Origin: Lingula anatina
Taxonomy: Eukaryota; Animalia; Brachiopoda
Assembly: GCA_051362555.1 (NCBI GenBank)
Contig: CM120644.1
Span: 6,642,954 to 6,706,953, forward strand
Length of the DNA: 64,000 nucleotides
Direction of reading: 5' to 3'
The position numbers and the translations under genes were made by a program. Shown piece after piece: positions 51,001 to 64,000 of this stretch. Numbering within the stretch: position 1 is the first letter of the stretch; every line of letters starts with the position of its first letter. The notes beneath the pieces were generated by a model. The model was not told the DNA's origin. It did no database searches and worked only from the letters and a program-made list of their open reading frames with translations.

Positions 51001-53750
51001 CAGTCTTGCACGCTACCGATTGCGCCGTGAGTGACCCGCCCACCCTCCGTGGGTACGAGTTTCCTCTTATAGAAACCAAAGCAAAATTTTAAAAATGATT
51101 TCCTGCAACAAAAATGGAGGTGCACGTTCTAGTACTCGAACCTTCGAATGTGTCCCTAGCTGCGTCCCAGTCATCGGAGTTACCACGGAACCGCGGAAGC
51201 TTCTTCGAAAAACTCGAGATCAAATGCAGACTTTCTGCCTTGTCATGAAGAGGGCCAGTTTGAATGCACATGCAAATGTCCGAAATTCCAATCTGTAGCC
51301 CTTGAGCCGTAAAAATGAATTTCATCCCGCACAACGATTTTCCCCGAAAATTGTATTATCATTGAACGTTGAAGTAGATGGCTGAGAAGCCAACACGGAG
51401 TTTTCCCACATAGATTCCTTTTTTCACTATGACTGTTTTGAGATGAGATTTAGTTTGGTGTCACCTACGACGTGAAAGAGCACAGTGTGACGATTTCAGT
51501 TTAAGCAAGCCCCTGAAAAGAGGGAATCATTGAAAAACGTTCAAATGTGTTAAAACTGGTGCATTTTCCATTCAAGCAATTGCAACCATGTGAATTTTGA
51601 GAAAGAGAACATATTTGGCGAACAATTCAGCCAACAGAATACTTTCTTTTCCTGCTTGCAGTCTTTGCCATTTTAATGGCCACTGTGGAGTTGCCCCGGA
51701 TACTGTAGGACAATATGAACAGTCTTGAGAAGCAAGGCCCTAGAGGAGGGGATGGCATTACAAAAAACAACAAAATGTAAGATTGAGAAAAGCAAAAGCG
51801 GTGACGTGACTTTCGAAAAACACATTTTTTTAAATATTATTTTGCTGGTAATCCCACCGAGAAGACACCACTCTGGGACGAAAGGGTAGTATGACGTCCG
51901 TGGCGCCATGCCGAGTCAGCTATACTGACTCAATTAATGTTTGATCTGTTGCGTAGCTGGTAAATTATAGTGATCAATGACCATCCCCGCCTAGGCATCA
52001 TTTTAAGATCCTCTAAATGAAGAGTAAGGAAGTGTTATCGACGAGGCAGACATTTTGATAAGGACCAGCAAAAGTTGTTGTCAAATCGATCTCTTATGCG
52101 AAACTATACCGGTTTTCAATGCAAAAGGTAATTTGCCGGGACCGACGAGAGCGTGCATTCGTTTTCGCGCCTTCCCGATCACGTGACCAGCTCGTATCCG
52201 AGGGGAAGGTTACATGCCTTATCTGGGATTCGAACTCGTGACTACTCGTGACTTGTTACCCTAGTAGATGATTGGTTTGCATCTTTTTTAACAGTCTTGC
52301 ACGCTACCGATTGCGCCGTGAGTGACCCGCCCAAACCCATGGGTACGAGTTTCCTCTAATAGTAACCAAAGAAAAAGTTTAGAAATGATTTCCTGCAACA
52401 AAAATGGAGGTGGACATTCTAGTACTCGAACCTACGAATGTGTCCCTAGCTGCGTCCCAGTCATCGGAGTTACCACGGAACCGCGGAAGCTTCGTTGGAA
52501 AATTAGAGATCAAATGCAAATTTTCTGCCTTGTCATGAAGAGGGCCAGTTTGAATGCACATGTAAATGTCCGAAATTCCAATCGATAGCCCTTGAGCCAT
52601 AAAAAATTAATTTCATCCCGCACAACGCTTTTCCCCGAACATTGTATTATCATTGAACGTTGAAGTAGATGATGTACACGACACCTTGGTTGAGAATCCA
52701 ACACGGAGCGTTCCCACATAGATTCCTTTTTTCACTATGACTTTGTTCTGAGATGAGATTTAGTTTGGTATCACCTACGACGTGAAAGAGCACAGAGTGA
52801 CGATTTCAGTTTTAGCAAGCCCCTGAAAAGGGGGAAACATTAAAAAACGTTCAAATGTGCTAAAGCTGGTGCGTTTTCCATTCAAGCAATTGCAACCATG
52901 TGAATTTTGAGAAAGAGAACATATTTGGCGAACACTTCCGCCGACAGAACACTTTATTTTTCTGCTTAACGCAGTTTACATGCGGTATGACGTGGTGCTA
53001 AAGCGGGAAAGCTACCGAAACAATATCAAGTTTGATCGCTTTTATTGATAAGACTGCCCGGAACGTAACTGGCCAGATGATTTCTGATGCTTTCATTTTC
53101 ATCTTGGTTTGCAGTGAGATTACGTCTGACTTCACCTGTGAAGTTACCGAGCACGACGAGAGCTAAAGGGGTTCACACTTTGGCAGCTTTGGAATTGAGT
53201 AGTCTTTGACATTACTAATGGCCACTGTGGAGTTGCCCAGGGTACTGTAGGACAATATGAACAGTCTTCAGATGCAAGGCCCTAAGAGGAGGGGATGGCC
53301 TTACAAAAAACAACAAAATGTAAGATTCAGAAAAGCAAAGGCGGTGACGTGACTTTCGAAAAAAAAAATTAATTATTTTGCTGACAATCCCAGCGAGAAG
53401 ACAGCACTCTGAGATGAAAGGGCAGTATGACGTGCATGGCACCATGGCGGGTTAGCTATAATGAATCAATTCAAGTTTGATCCGTTGCGTAGCTGGTAAA
53501 TTATAGTGATCAATGACCATCCCCGCCTAGGCATCATTTTAAGATCCTCTAAATGAAGAGTAAGGAAGTGTTATCGACGAGGCAGACATTTTGATAAGGA
53601 CCAGCAAAAGTTGTTGTCAAATCGATCTCTTATGCGAAACTATACCGGTTTTTAATGCAAAAGGTAATTTGCCGGGACCGACGAGAGCGTGCATTCGTTT
53701 TCGCGCCTTCCCTATCACATGATCTGCTCGTATCTAAGGGGAGGGTGACA

Positions 53751-53861
53751 TGCTTCATCCGGGATTCGAACTCGTGACTACTCGTGACTCGCTACCATGG
53801 TAGATAATTGGTTTGGATCTTTTTTAACAGCCTTGCACGCTACCGATTGCGCCGTGAGTAA
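53751..53861 (-). pseudogene. Degenerate tRNA-like module (A box/B box), repeated in the satellite monomers
   Basis: Minus strand reads cGGCGCAATCGGTAGCGTGcaaggCTGTTAA ... GAGTTCGAATCCC. It resembles the D-arm and anticodon loop of tRNA-Asn(GTT), but the acceptor and T stems pair poorly. Confidence 0.45.
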
Positions 53862-56800
53862 CCCGCCCACCCTCCGTGGGTACGAGTTTCCTCTTATAGT
53901 AACCAAAGCAAAATTTTGAAAATGATTGCCTGCAACAAAATTGGAGGTGCACGTTCTAGTACTCGAACCTACGAATGTGTCCATAGCAGCGTCCCAGTCA
54001 TCGGAGTTACCACGGAACCGCGGAAGCTTCGTCGAAAAACTCGAGATCAAATGCAAACTTTCTGCCTTGTAATGAAGAGGGCCAGTTTGAATGCACATGT
54101 AAATGTCCGAAATTCCAATCGATAGCCCTTGAGCCATAAAAAATGAATTTCATCCCGCACAACGCTTTTCCCCGAACATTGTATTATCATTGAACGTTGA
54201 AGTAGATGATGTACATGAGACCTTGGTTGAGAAGCCAACACGGAGTGTTCCCACATAGATTCCTTTTTTCACCATGACTTTGTTTTGAGATGAGATTTAG
54301 TTTGGTGTCACCTACGACGTGAAAGAGCACAGAGTGACGATTTCATTTTTAGCAAGCCCCTGAAAAGAGGGAATCATTAAAAAACGTTCAAATGTGTTAA
54401 AACTGGTGCATTTTCAATTCAAGCACTTGCAACCATGTGAATTTTGAGAATGAGAACATATTTGGCGAACAATTCCGCCGACAGAATACTTTCTTTTCCT
54501 GCTTAACGCAGTTTACATGCGCTATGACGTGGTGCTACCGAAACAATATCATGTTTGATCGCTTTTGTTTATAAGACTGCCCGGAACGTAACTAGCCAGA
54601 TGATGTCTGATGCTTTTATTTTCATTTTGGTTTACAGTGAGATTACGTCTGACTTCACCTGTGAAGTTATCGAGCACGACGAGAGCTAAAGCGGTTCACA
54701 CTTTAGCAGCTTTGGAATTGAGTAGTCTTTGCCATTTCTAATGGCCACAGTGGAGTTGCCCCGGGTACTGTAGGACAATATGAACAATCTTGAGAAACAA
54801 GGCCCTAGAGGAGGGGATGGCATTACAAAAAACAACAAAATGTAAGATTGAGAAAAGCAAAAGCGGTGACGTGACTTTCGAAAAAAAATTAATTATTTTG
54901 CTGACAATCCCAGCGAGAAGACAGATCTCTGAGATGAAGGGCAGTATGACGTGTATGGCACCATGGCGGGTTAGCTATAATGACTCAATTCAAGTTTGAT
55001 CTGTTGCTTAACTGGTAAATTATAGTGATCAATGGCCATCCCCGCCTAGGCATCATTTTAAGATCCTTTAAATGAAGAGTAAGGAAGTGTTATCAACGAG
55101 GCGGACATTTTGATAAGGACCAGCAAATGTTGTTGTCCAATCCATCTCTTCTGCGAAACTATACCGGTTTTTAATGCAAAAGGTAATTTGCCGGGACCGA
55201 CGAGAGCGTGCATCGTGACTACTCGTGACTCGTTACCATGGTAGATGATTGGTTTGGATCTTTTTTGACAGCCTTGCACGCTACCGATTGCGCCGTGAGT
55301 AACCCGCCCACCCTCCATGGGTACGAGTTTCCTCTTATAGTAACCAAAGCAAAATTTTAAAAATGATTTCCTGCAACAAAAATGGAGGTGCACGTTCTAG
55401 TACTCGAACCTACGAATGTGTCCATAGCAGCGTCCCAGTCATCGGAGTTACCACGGAACCGCGGAAGCTTCGTCGAAAAACTCGAGATCAAATGCAGATT
55501 TTCTGCCTTGTCATGAAGAGGGCCAGTTTGAATGCACATGCAAATGTCCGAAATTCCAATCGGTAGCCCTTGTACCGTAAAAATGAATTTCATCCCGCAC
55601 AACGATTTTCCCCGAAAATTGTATTATCATTGAACGTTGAAGTAGATGGCTGAGAAGCCAACACGGAGTTTTCCCACATAGATTCCTTTTTTCACTATGA
55701 CTTTGTTCTGAGATGAGATTTAGTTTGGTATCACCTACGACGTGAAAGAGCACAGTGTGACGATTTCAGTTTAAGCAAGCCCCTGAAAAGAGGGAAACAT
55801 TAAAAAACGTTCAAATGTGCTAAAGCTGGTGCGTTTTCCATTCAAGCAATTGCAACCATGTGAATTTTGAGAAAGAGAACATATTTGGCGAACAATTCCG
55901 CCGACAGAACACTTTATTTTTCTGTCAATCCCCATTTTGCTGACAATCCCAGCGAGAAGACATCACTCTGGGACGAAAGGGCAGTAGGACGTCCGTGGCG
56001 CCATGCCGAGTCAGCTATACTGACTCAATTCAAGTTTGATCTGTTGCGTAGCTGGTAAATTATAGTGATCAATGACCATCCCCGCCTAGGCATCATTTTA
56101 AGATCCTCTAAATGAAGAGTAAGGAAGTGTTATCGACGAGGCAGACATTTTGATAAGGACCAGCAAAAGTTGTTGTCAAATCGATCTCTTATGCGAAACT
56201 ATACCAGTTTTTAATGCAAAAGGTAATTTGCCGGGACCGAGGAGAGCGTGCATTCGTTTTCGCGCCTTCCCGATCACGTGACCAGCTCGTATCCGAGGGG
56301 AAGGTTACATGCCTTATCTGGGATTCGAACTCGTGACTACTCGTGACTTGTTTCCCTGGTAGATGATTGGTTTGCATCTTTTTTAACAGTCTTGCACGCT
56401 ACCGATTGCGCCGTGAGTGACCCGCCCACCCTCCGTGGGTACGAGTTTCCTCTTATAGTAACCAAAGCAAAATTTTAAAAATGATTTCCTGCAACAAAAA
56501 TGGAGGTGCACGTTCTAGTACTCGAACCTACGAATGTGTCCCTAGCTGCGTCCCAGTCATCGGAGTTACCACGGAACCGCAGAAGCTTCGTCGAAAAACT
56601 CGAGATCAAATGCAGACTTTCTGCCTTGTCATGAAGAGGGCCAGTTTGAATGCACATGCAAATGTCCGAAATTCCAATCGGTAGCCCTTGTACCGTAAAA
56701 ATGAATTTCATCCCGCACAACGATTTTCCCCGAAAATTGTATTATCATTGAACGTTGAAGTAGATGGCTGAGAAGCCAACACGGAGTTTTCCCACATAGA

Positions 56801-59800
56801 TTCCTTTTTTCACTATGACTTTGTTCTGAGATGAGATTTAGTTTGGTATCACCTACGACGTGAAAGAGCACAGTGTGACGATTTCAGTTTAAGCAAGCCC
56901 CTGAAAAGAGGGAAACATTAAAAAACGTTCAAATGTGCTAAAGCTGGTGCGTTTTCCATTCAAGCAATTGCAACCATGTGAATTTTGAGAAAGAGAACAT
57001 ATTTGGCGAACAATTCCGCCGACAGAACACTTTATTTTTCTGTCAATCCCCATTTTGCTGACAATCCCAGCGAGAAGACATCACTCTGGGACGAAAGGGC
57101 AGTAGGACGTCCGTGGCGCCATGCCGAGTCAGCTATACTGACTCAATTCAAGTTTGATCTGTTGCGTAGCTGGTAAATTATAGTGATCAATGACCATCCC
57201 CGCCTAGGCATCATTTTAAGATCCTCTAAATGAAGAGTAAGGAAGTGTTATCGACGAGGCAGACATTTTGATAAGGACCAGCAAAAGTTGTTGTCAAATC
57301 GATCTCTTATGCGAAACTATACCAGTTTTTAATGCAAAAGGTAATTTGCCGGGACCGAGGAGAGCGTGCATTCGTTTTCGCGCCTTCCCGATCACGTGAC
57401 CAGCTCGTATCCGAGGGGAAGGTTACATGCCTTATCTGGGATTCGAACTCGTGACTACTCGTGACTTGTTTCCCTGGTAGATGATTGGTTTGCATCTTTT
57501 TTAACAGTCTTGCACGCTACCGATTGCGCCGTGAGTGACCCGCCCACCCTCCGTGGGTACGAGTTTCCTCTTATAGTAACCAAAGCAAAATTTTAAAAAT
57601 GATTTCCTGCAACAAAAATGGAGGTGCACGTTCTAGTACTCGAACCTACGAATGTGTCCCTAGCTGCGTCCCAGTCATCGGAGTTACCACGGAACCGCGG
57701 AAGCTTCGTCGAAAAACTCGAGATCAAATGCAGACTTTCTGCCTTGTCATGAAGAGGGCCAGTTTGAATGCACATGCAAATGTCCGAAATTCCAATCTGT
57801 AGCCTTTGAGCCGTAAAAATGAATTTCATCCCGCACAACGATTTTCCCCGAAAATTGTATTATCATTGAACGTTGAAGTAGATGATGTACACGACACCTT
57901 GGTTGAGAATCCAACACGGAGCGTTCCCACATAGATTCCTTTTTTCACTATGACTTTGTTCTGAGATGAGATTTAGTTTGGTATCACCTACGACGTGAAA
58001 GAGCACAGAGTGACGATTTCAGTTTTAGCAAGCCCCTGAAAAGGGGGAAACATTAAAAAACGTTCAAATGTGCTAAAGCTGGTGCGTTTTCCATTCAAGC
58101 AATTGCAACCATGTGAATTTTGAGAAAGAGAACGTATTTGGCGAACACTTCCGCCGACAGAACACTTTATTTTTCTGCTTAACGCAGTTTACATGCGGTA
58201 TGACGTGGTGCTAAAGCGGGAAAGCTACCGAAACAATATCAAGTTTGATCGCTTTTATTGATAAGACTGCCCGGAACGTAACTGGCCAGATGATTTCTGA
58301 TGCTTTCATTTTCATCTTGGTTTGCAGTGAGATTACGTCTGACTTCACCTGTGAAGTTACCGAGCACGACGAGAGCTAAAGGGGTTCACACTTTGGCAGC
58401 TTTGGAATTGAGTAGTCTTTGACATTACTAATGGCCACTGTGGAGTTGCCCAGGGTACTGTAGGACAATATGAACAGTCTTCAGATGCAAGGCCCTAAGA
58501 GGAGGGGATGGCCTTACAAAAAACAACAAAATGTAAGATTGAGAAAAGCAAAGGCGGTGACGTGACTTTCGAAAAAAAAAAATTAATTATTTTGCTGACA
58601 ATCCCAGCGAGAAGACAGCACTCTGAGATGAAAGGGCAGTATGACGTGCATGGCACCATGGCGGGTTAGCTATAATGAATCAATTCAAGTTTGATCCGTT
58701 GCGTAGCTGGTAAATTATAGTGATCAATGACCATCCCCGCCTAGGCATCATTTTAAGATCCTCTAAATGAAGAGTAAGGAAGTGTTATCGACGAGGCAGA
58801 CATTTTGATAAGGACCAGCAAAAGTTGTTGTCAAATCGATCTCTTATGCGAAACTATACCGGTTTTTAATGCAAAAGGTAATTTGCCGGGACCGACGAGA
58901 GCGTGCATTCGTTTTCGCGCCTTCCCTATCACATGATCTGCTCGTATCTAAGGGGAGGGTGACATGCTTCATCCGGGATTCGAACTCGTGACTACTCGTG
59001 ACTCGCTACCATGGTAGATAATTGGTTTGGATCTTTTTTAACAGCCTTGCACGCTACCGATTGCGCCGTGAGTAACCCGCCCACCCTCCGTGGGTACGAG
59101 TTTCCTCTTATAGTAACCAAAGCAAAATTTTGAAAATGATTGCCTGCAACAAAATTGGAGGTGCACGTTCTAGTACTCGAACCTACGAATGTGTCCATAG
59201 CAGCGTCCCAGTCATCGGAGTTACCACGGAACCGCGGAAGCTTCGTCGAAAAACTCGAGATCAAATGCAAACTTTCTGCCTTGTAATGAAGAGGGCCAGT
59301 TTGAATGCACATGTAAATGTCCGAAATTCCAATCGATAGCCCTTGAGCCATAAAAAATGAATTTCATCCCGCACAACGCTTTTCCCCGAACATTGTATTA
59401 TCATTGAACGTTGAAGTAGATGATGTACATGAGACCTTGGTTGAGAAGCCAACACGGAGTGTTCCCACATAGATTCCTTTTTTCACCATGACTTTGTTTT
59501 GAGATGAGATTTAGTTTGGTGTCACCTACGACGTGAAAGAGCACAGAGTGACGATTTCATTTTTAGCAAGCCCCTGAAAAGAGGGAATCATTAAAAAACG
59601 TTCAAATGTGTTAAAACTGGTGCATTTTCAATTCAAGCACTTGCAACCATGTGAATTTTGAGAATGAGAACATATTTGGCGAACAATTCCGCCGACAGAA
59701 TACTTTCTTTTCCTGCTTAACGCAGTTTACATGCGCTATGACGTGGTGCTACCGAAACAATATCATGTTTGATCGCTTTTGTTTATAAGACTGCCCGGAA

Positions 59801-62800
59801 CGTAACTAGCCAGATGATGTCTGATGCTTTTATTTTCATTTTGGTTTACAGTGAGATTACGTCTGACTTCACCTGTGAAGTTATCGAGCACGACGAGAGC
59901 TAAAGCGGTTCACACTTTAGCAGCTTTGGAATTGAGTAGTCTTTGCCATTTCTAATGGCCACAGTGGAGTTGCCCCGGGTACTGTAGGACAATATGAACA
60001 ATCTTGAGAAACAAGGCCCTAGAGGAGGGGATGGCATTACAAAAAACAACAAAATGTAAGATTGAGAAAAGCAAAAGCGGTGACGTGACTTTCGAAAAAA
60101 AATTAATTATTTTGCTGACAATCCCAGCGAGAAGACAGATCTCTGAGATGAAGGGCAGTATGACGTGTATGGCACCATGGCGGGTTAGCTATAATGACTC
60201 AATTCAAGTTTGATCTGTTGCTTAACTGGTAAATTATAGTGATCAATGGCCATCCCCGCCTAGGCATCATTTTAAGATCCTTTAAATGAAGAGTAAGGAA
60301 GTGTTATCAACGAGGCGGACATTTTGATAAGGACCAGCAAATGTTGTTGTCCAATCCATCTCTTCTGCGAAACTATACCGGTTTTTAATGCAAAAGGTAA
60401 TTTGCCGGGACCGACGAGAGCGTGCATCGTGACTACTCGTGACTCGTTACCATGGTAGATGATTGGTTTGGATCTTTTTTGACAGCCTTGCACGCTACCG
60501 ATTGCGCCGTGAGTAACCCGCCCACCCTCCATGGGTACGAGTTTCCTCTTATAGTAACCAAAGCAAAATTTTAAAAATGATTTCCTGCAACAAAAATGGA
60601 GGTGCACGTTCTAGTACTCGAACCTACGAATGTGTCCATAGCAGCGTCCCAGTCATCGGAGTTACCACGGAACCGCGGAAGCTTCGTCGAAAAACTCGAG
60701 ATCAAATGCAGATTTTCTGCCTTGTCATGAAGAGGGCCAGTTTGAATGCACATGCAAATGTCCGAAATTCCAATCGGTAGCCCTTGTACCGTAAAAATGA
60801 ATTTCATCCCGCACAACGATTTTCCCCGAAAATTGTATTATCATTGAACGTTGAAGTAGATGGCTGAGAAGCCAACACGGAGTTTTCCCACATAGATTCC
60901 TTTTTTCACTATGACTTTGTTCTGAGATGAGATTTAGTTTGGTATCACCTACGACGTGAAAGAGCACAGTGTGACGATTTCAGTTTAAGCAAGCCCCTGA
61001 AAAGAGGGAAACATTAAAAAACGTTCAAATGTGCTAAAGCTGGTGCGTTTTCCATTCAAGCAATTGCAACCATGTGAATTTTGAGAAAGAGAACATATTT
61101 GGCGAACAATTCCGCCGACAGAACACTTTATTTTTCTGTCAATCCCCATTTTGCTGACAATCCCAGCGAGAAGACATCACTCTGGGACAAAAGGGCAGTA
61201 GGACGTCCGTGGCGCCATGCCGAGTCAGCTATACTGACTCAATTCAAGTTTGATCTGTTGCGTAGCTGGTAAATTATAGTGATCAATGACCATCCCCGCC
61301 TAGGCATCATTTTAAGATCCTCTAAATGAAGAGTAAGGAAGTGTTATCGACGAGGCAGACATTTTGATAAGGACCAGCAAAAGTTGTTGTCAAATCGATC
61401 TCTTATGCGAAACTATACCAGTTTTTAATGCAAAAGGTAATTTGCCGGGACCGAGGAGAGCGTGCATTCGTTTTCGCGCCTTCCCGATCACGTGACCAGC
61501 TCGTATCCGAGGGGAAGGTTACATGCCTTATCTGGGATTCGAACTCGTGACTACTCGTGACTTGTTTCCCTGGTAGATGATTGGTTTGCATCTTTTTTAA
61601 CAGTCTTGCACGCTACCGATTGCGCCGTGAGTGACCCGCCCACCCTCCGTGGGTACGAGTTTCCTCTTATAGTAACCAAAGCAAAATTTTAAAAATGATT
61701 TCCTGCAACAAAAATGGAGGTGCACGTTCTAGTACTCGAACCTACGAATGTGTCCCTAGCTGCGTCCCAGTCATCGGAGTTACCACGGAACCGCAGAAGC
61801 TTCGTCGAAAAACTCGAGATCAAATGCAGACTTTCTGCCTTGTCATGAAGAGGGCCAGTTTGAATGCACATGCAAATGTCCGAAATTCCAATCGGTAGCC
61901 CTTGTACCGTAAAAATGAATTTCATCCCGCACAACGATTTTCCCCGAAAATTGTATTATCATTGAACGTTGAAGTAGATGGCTGAGAAGCCAACACGGAG
62001 TTTTCCCACATAGATTCCTTTTTTCACTATGACTTTGTTCTGAGATGAGATTTAGTTTGGTATCACCTACGACGTGAAAGAGCACAGTGTGACGATTTCA
62101 GTTTAAGCAAGCCCCTGAAAAGAGGGAAACATTAAAAAACGTTCAAATGTGCTAAAGCTGGTGCGTTTTCCATTCAAGCAATTGCAACCATGTGAATTTT
62201 GAGAAAGAGAACATATTTGGCGAACAATTCCGCCGACAGAACACTTTATTTTTCTGTCAATCCCCATTTTGCTGACAATCCCAGCGAGAAGACATCACTC
62301 TGGGACGAAAGGGCAGTAGGACGTCCGTGGCGCCATGCCGAGTCAGCTATACTGACTCAATTCAAGTTTGATCTGTTGCGTAGCTGGTAAATTATAGTGA
62401 TCAATGACCATCCCCGCCTAGGCATCATTTTAAGATCCTCTAAATGAAGAGTAAGGAAGTGTTATCGACGAGGCAGACATTTTGATAAGGACCAGCAAAA
62501 GTTGTTGTCAAATCGATCTCTTATGCGAAACTATACCGGTTTTTAATGCAAAAGGTAATTTGCCGGGACCGAGGAGAGCGTGCATTCGTTTTCGCGCCTT
62601 CCCGATCACGTGACCAGCTCGTATCCGAGGGGAAGGTTACATGCCTTATCTGGGATTCGAACTCGTGACTACTCGTGACTTGTTTCCCTGGTAGATGATT
62701 GGTTTGCATCTTTTTTAACAGTCTTGCACGCTACCGATTGCGCCGTGAGTGACCCGCCCACCCTCCGTGGGTACGAGTTTCCTCTTATAGTAACCAAAGC

Positions 62801-64000
62801 AAAATTTTAAAAATGATTTCCTGCAACAAAAATGGAGGTGCACGTTCTAGTACTCGAACCTACGAATGTGTCCCTAGCTGCGTCCCAGTCATCGGAGTTA
62901 CCACGGAACCGCGGAAGCTTCGTCGAAAAACTCGAGATCAAATGCAGACTTTCTGCCTTGTCATGAAGAGGGCCAGTTTGAATGCACATGCAAATGTCCG
63001 AAATTCCAATCTGTAGCCTTTGAGCCGTAAAAATGAATTTCATCCCGCACAACGATTTTCCCCGAAAATTGTATTATCATTGAACGTTGAAGTAGATGAT
63101 GTACACGACACCTTGGTTGAGAATCCAACACGGAGCGTTCCCACATAGATTCCTTTTTTCACTATGACTTTGTTCTGAGATGAGATTTAGTTTGGTATCA
63201 CCTACGACGTGAAAGAGCACAGAGTGACGATTTCAGTTTTAGCAAGCCCCTGAAAAGGGGGAAACATTAAAAAACGTTCAAATGTGCTAAAGCTGGTGCG
63301 TTTTCCATTCAAGCAATTGCAACCATGTGAATTTTGAGAAAGAGAACGTATTTGGCGAACACTTCCGCCGACAGAACACTTTATTTTTCTGCTTAACGCA
63401 GTTTACATGCGGTATGACGTGGTGCTAAAGCGGGAAAGCTACCGAAACAATATCAAGTTTGATCGCTTTTATTGATAAGACTGCCCGGAACGTAACTGGC
63501 CAGATGATTTCTGATGCTTTCATTTTCATCTTGGTTTGCAGTGAGATTACGTCTGACTTCACCTGTGAAGTTACCGAGCACGACGAGAGCTAAAGGGGTT
63601 CACACTTTGGCAGCTTTGGAATTGAGTAGTCTTTGACATTACTAATGGCCACTGTGGAGTTGCCCAGGGTACTGTAGGACAATATGAACAGTCTTCAGAT
63701 GCAAGGCCCTAAGAGGAGGGGATGGCCTTACAAAAAACAACAAAATGTAAGATTGAGAAAAGCAAAGGCGGTGACGTGACTTTCGAAAAAAAAAAATTAA
63801 TTATTTTGCTGACAATCCCAGCGAGAAGACAGCACTCTGAGATGAAAGGGCAGTATGACGTGCATGGCACCATGGCGGGTTAGCTATAATGAATCAATTC
63901 AAGTTTGATCCGTTGCGTAGCTGGTAAATTATAGTGATCAATGACCATCCCCGCCTAGGCATCATTTTAAGATCCTCTAAATGAAGAGTAAGGAAGTGTT

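Larger units (their letters stand above)
47200..64000. repeat. Complex macrosatellite with 5,214-bp higher-order repeat (runs off the right edge)
   Basis: The anchor atgatt(t/g)cctgcaac lies at 48738, 49977, 51095, 52385, 53922, 55363, 56481, 57599, 59136, 60577, 61695 and 62813. Spacings are 1239, 1118, 1290, 1537, 1441, 1118, 1118, 1537, 1441, 1118, 1118. Confidence 0.97.

Noticed and set aside
53751-53861. Functional tRNA-Asn gene
   Set aside because: The acceptor, anticodon and T stems do not pair properly and the A-B spacing is extended. Kept only as a tRNA-like relic.
47348-63146. Recurrent 60-130 aa ORFs (MISCNK..., MCGMKF..., MRKRTY...) as a gene family
   Set aside because: They recur only because the DNA is tandemly repeated. 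They overlap on both strands, vary by frameshift between copies and show no recognisable domain.
47200-64000. rDNA, histone, snRNA or SL-RNA gene array
   Set aside because: No recognisable rRNA, 5S, U-snRNA or histone sequence was seen. A box C/D-like pair (atgatg...ctga near 52668-52751) is too weak and is deleted in many monomers.

Overview
AT-rich, intron-rich invertebrate animal genomic DNA; the species cannot be identified from sequence. From left to right: (1) the 3' part of a Helentron/HINE-like element with a 146-bp tandem core, lying in an intron of DUSP19 (minus strand, 5' exons only); (2) head-to-head with it, a complete 26-exon kinesin-3 gene of the KIF28/KLP-6 type (~973 aa). Its first intron is a U12-type AT-AC intron, it has a candidate 9-nt microexon, and the protein ends in a CaaX box; (3) a ~5.6-kb nested non-autonomous transposon complex inserted in (TG)n; (4) a divergent otopetrin with substitutions at conserved proton-channel residues; (5) two tandem 9-exon paralogs encoding secreted, stand-alone proteins of the bacterial amino-acid solute-binding family 3 (HisJ/ArtJ-like), the most unusual element here; (6) from ~47.2 kb to the end, a complex macrosatellite (1.1-1.5 kb monomers, 5,214-bp higher-order repeat) carrying a tRNA-like A/B-box module. 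All exon models were spliced by hand and checked for frame. Family assignments come from motif recognition, not database searches.
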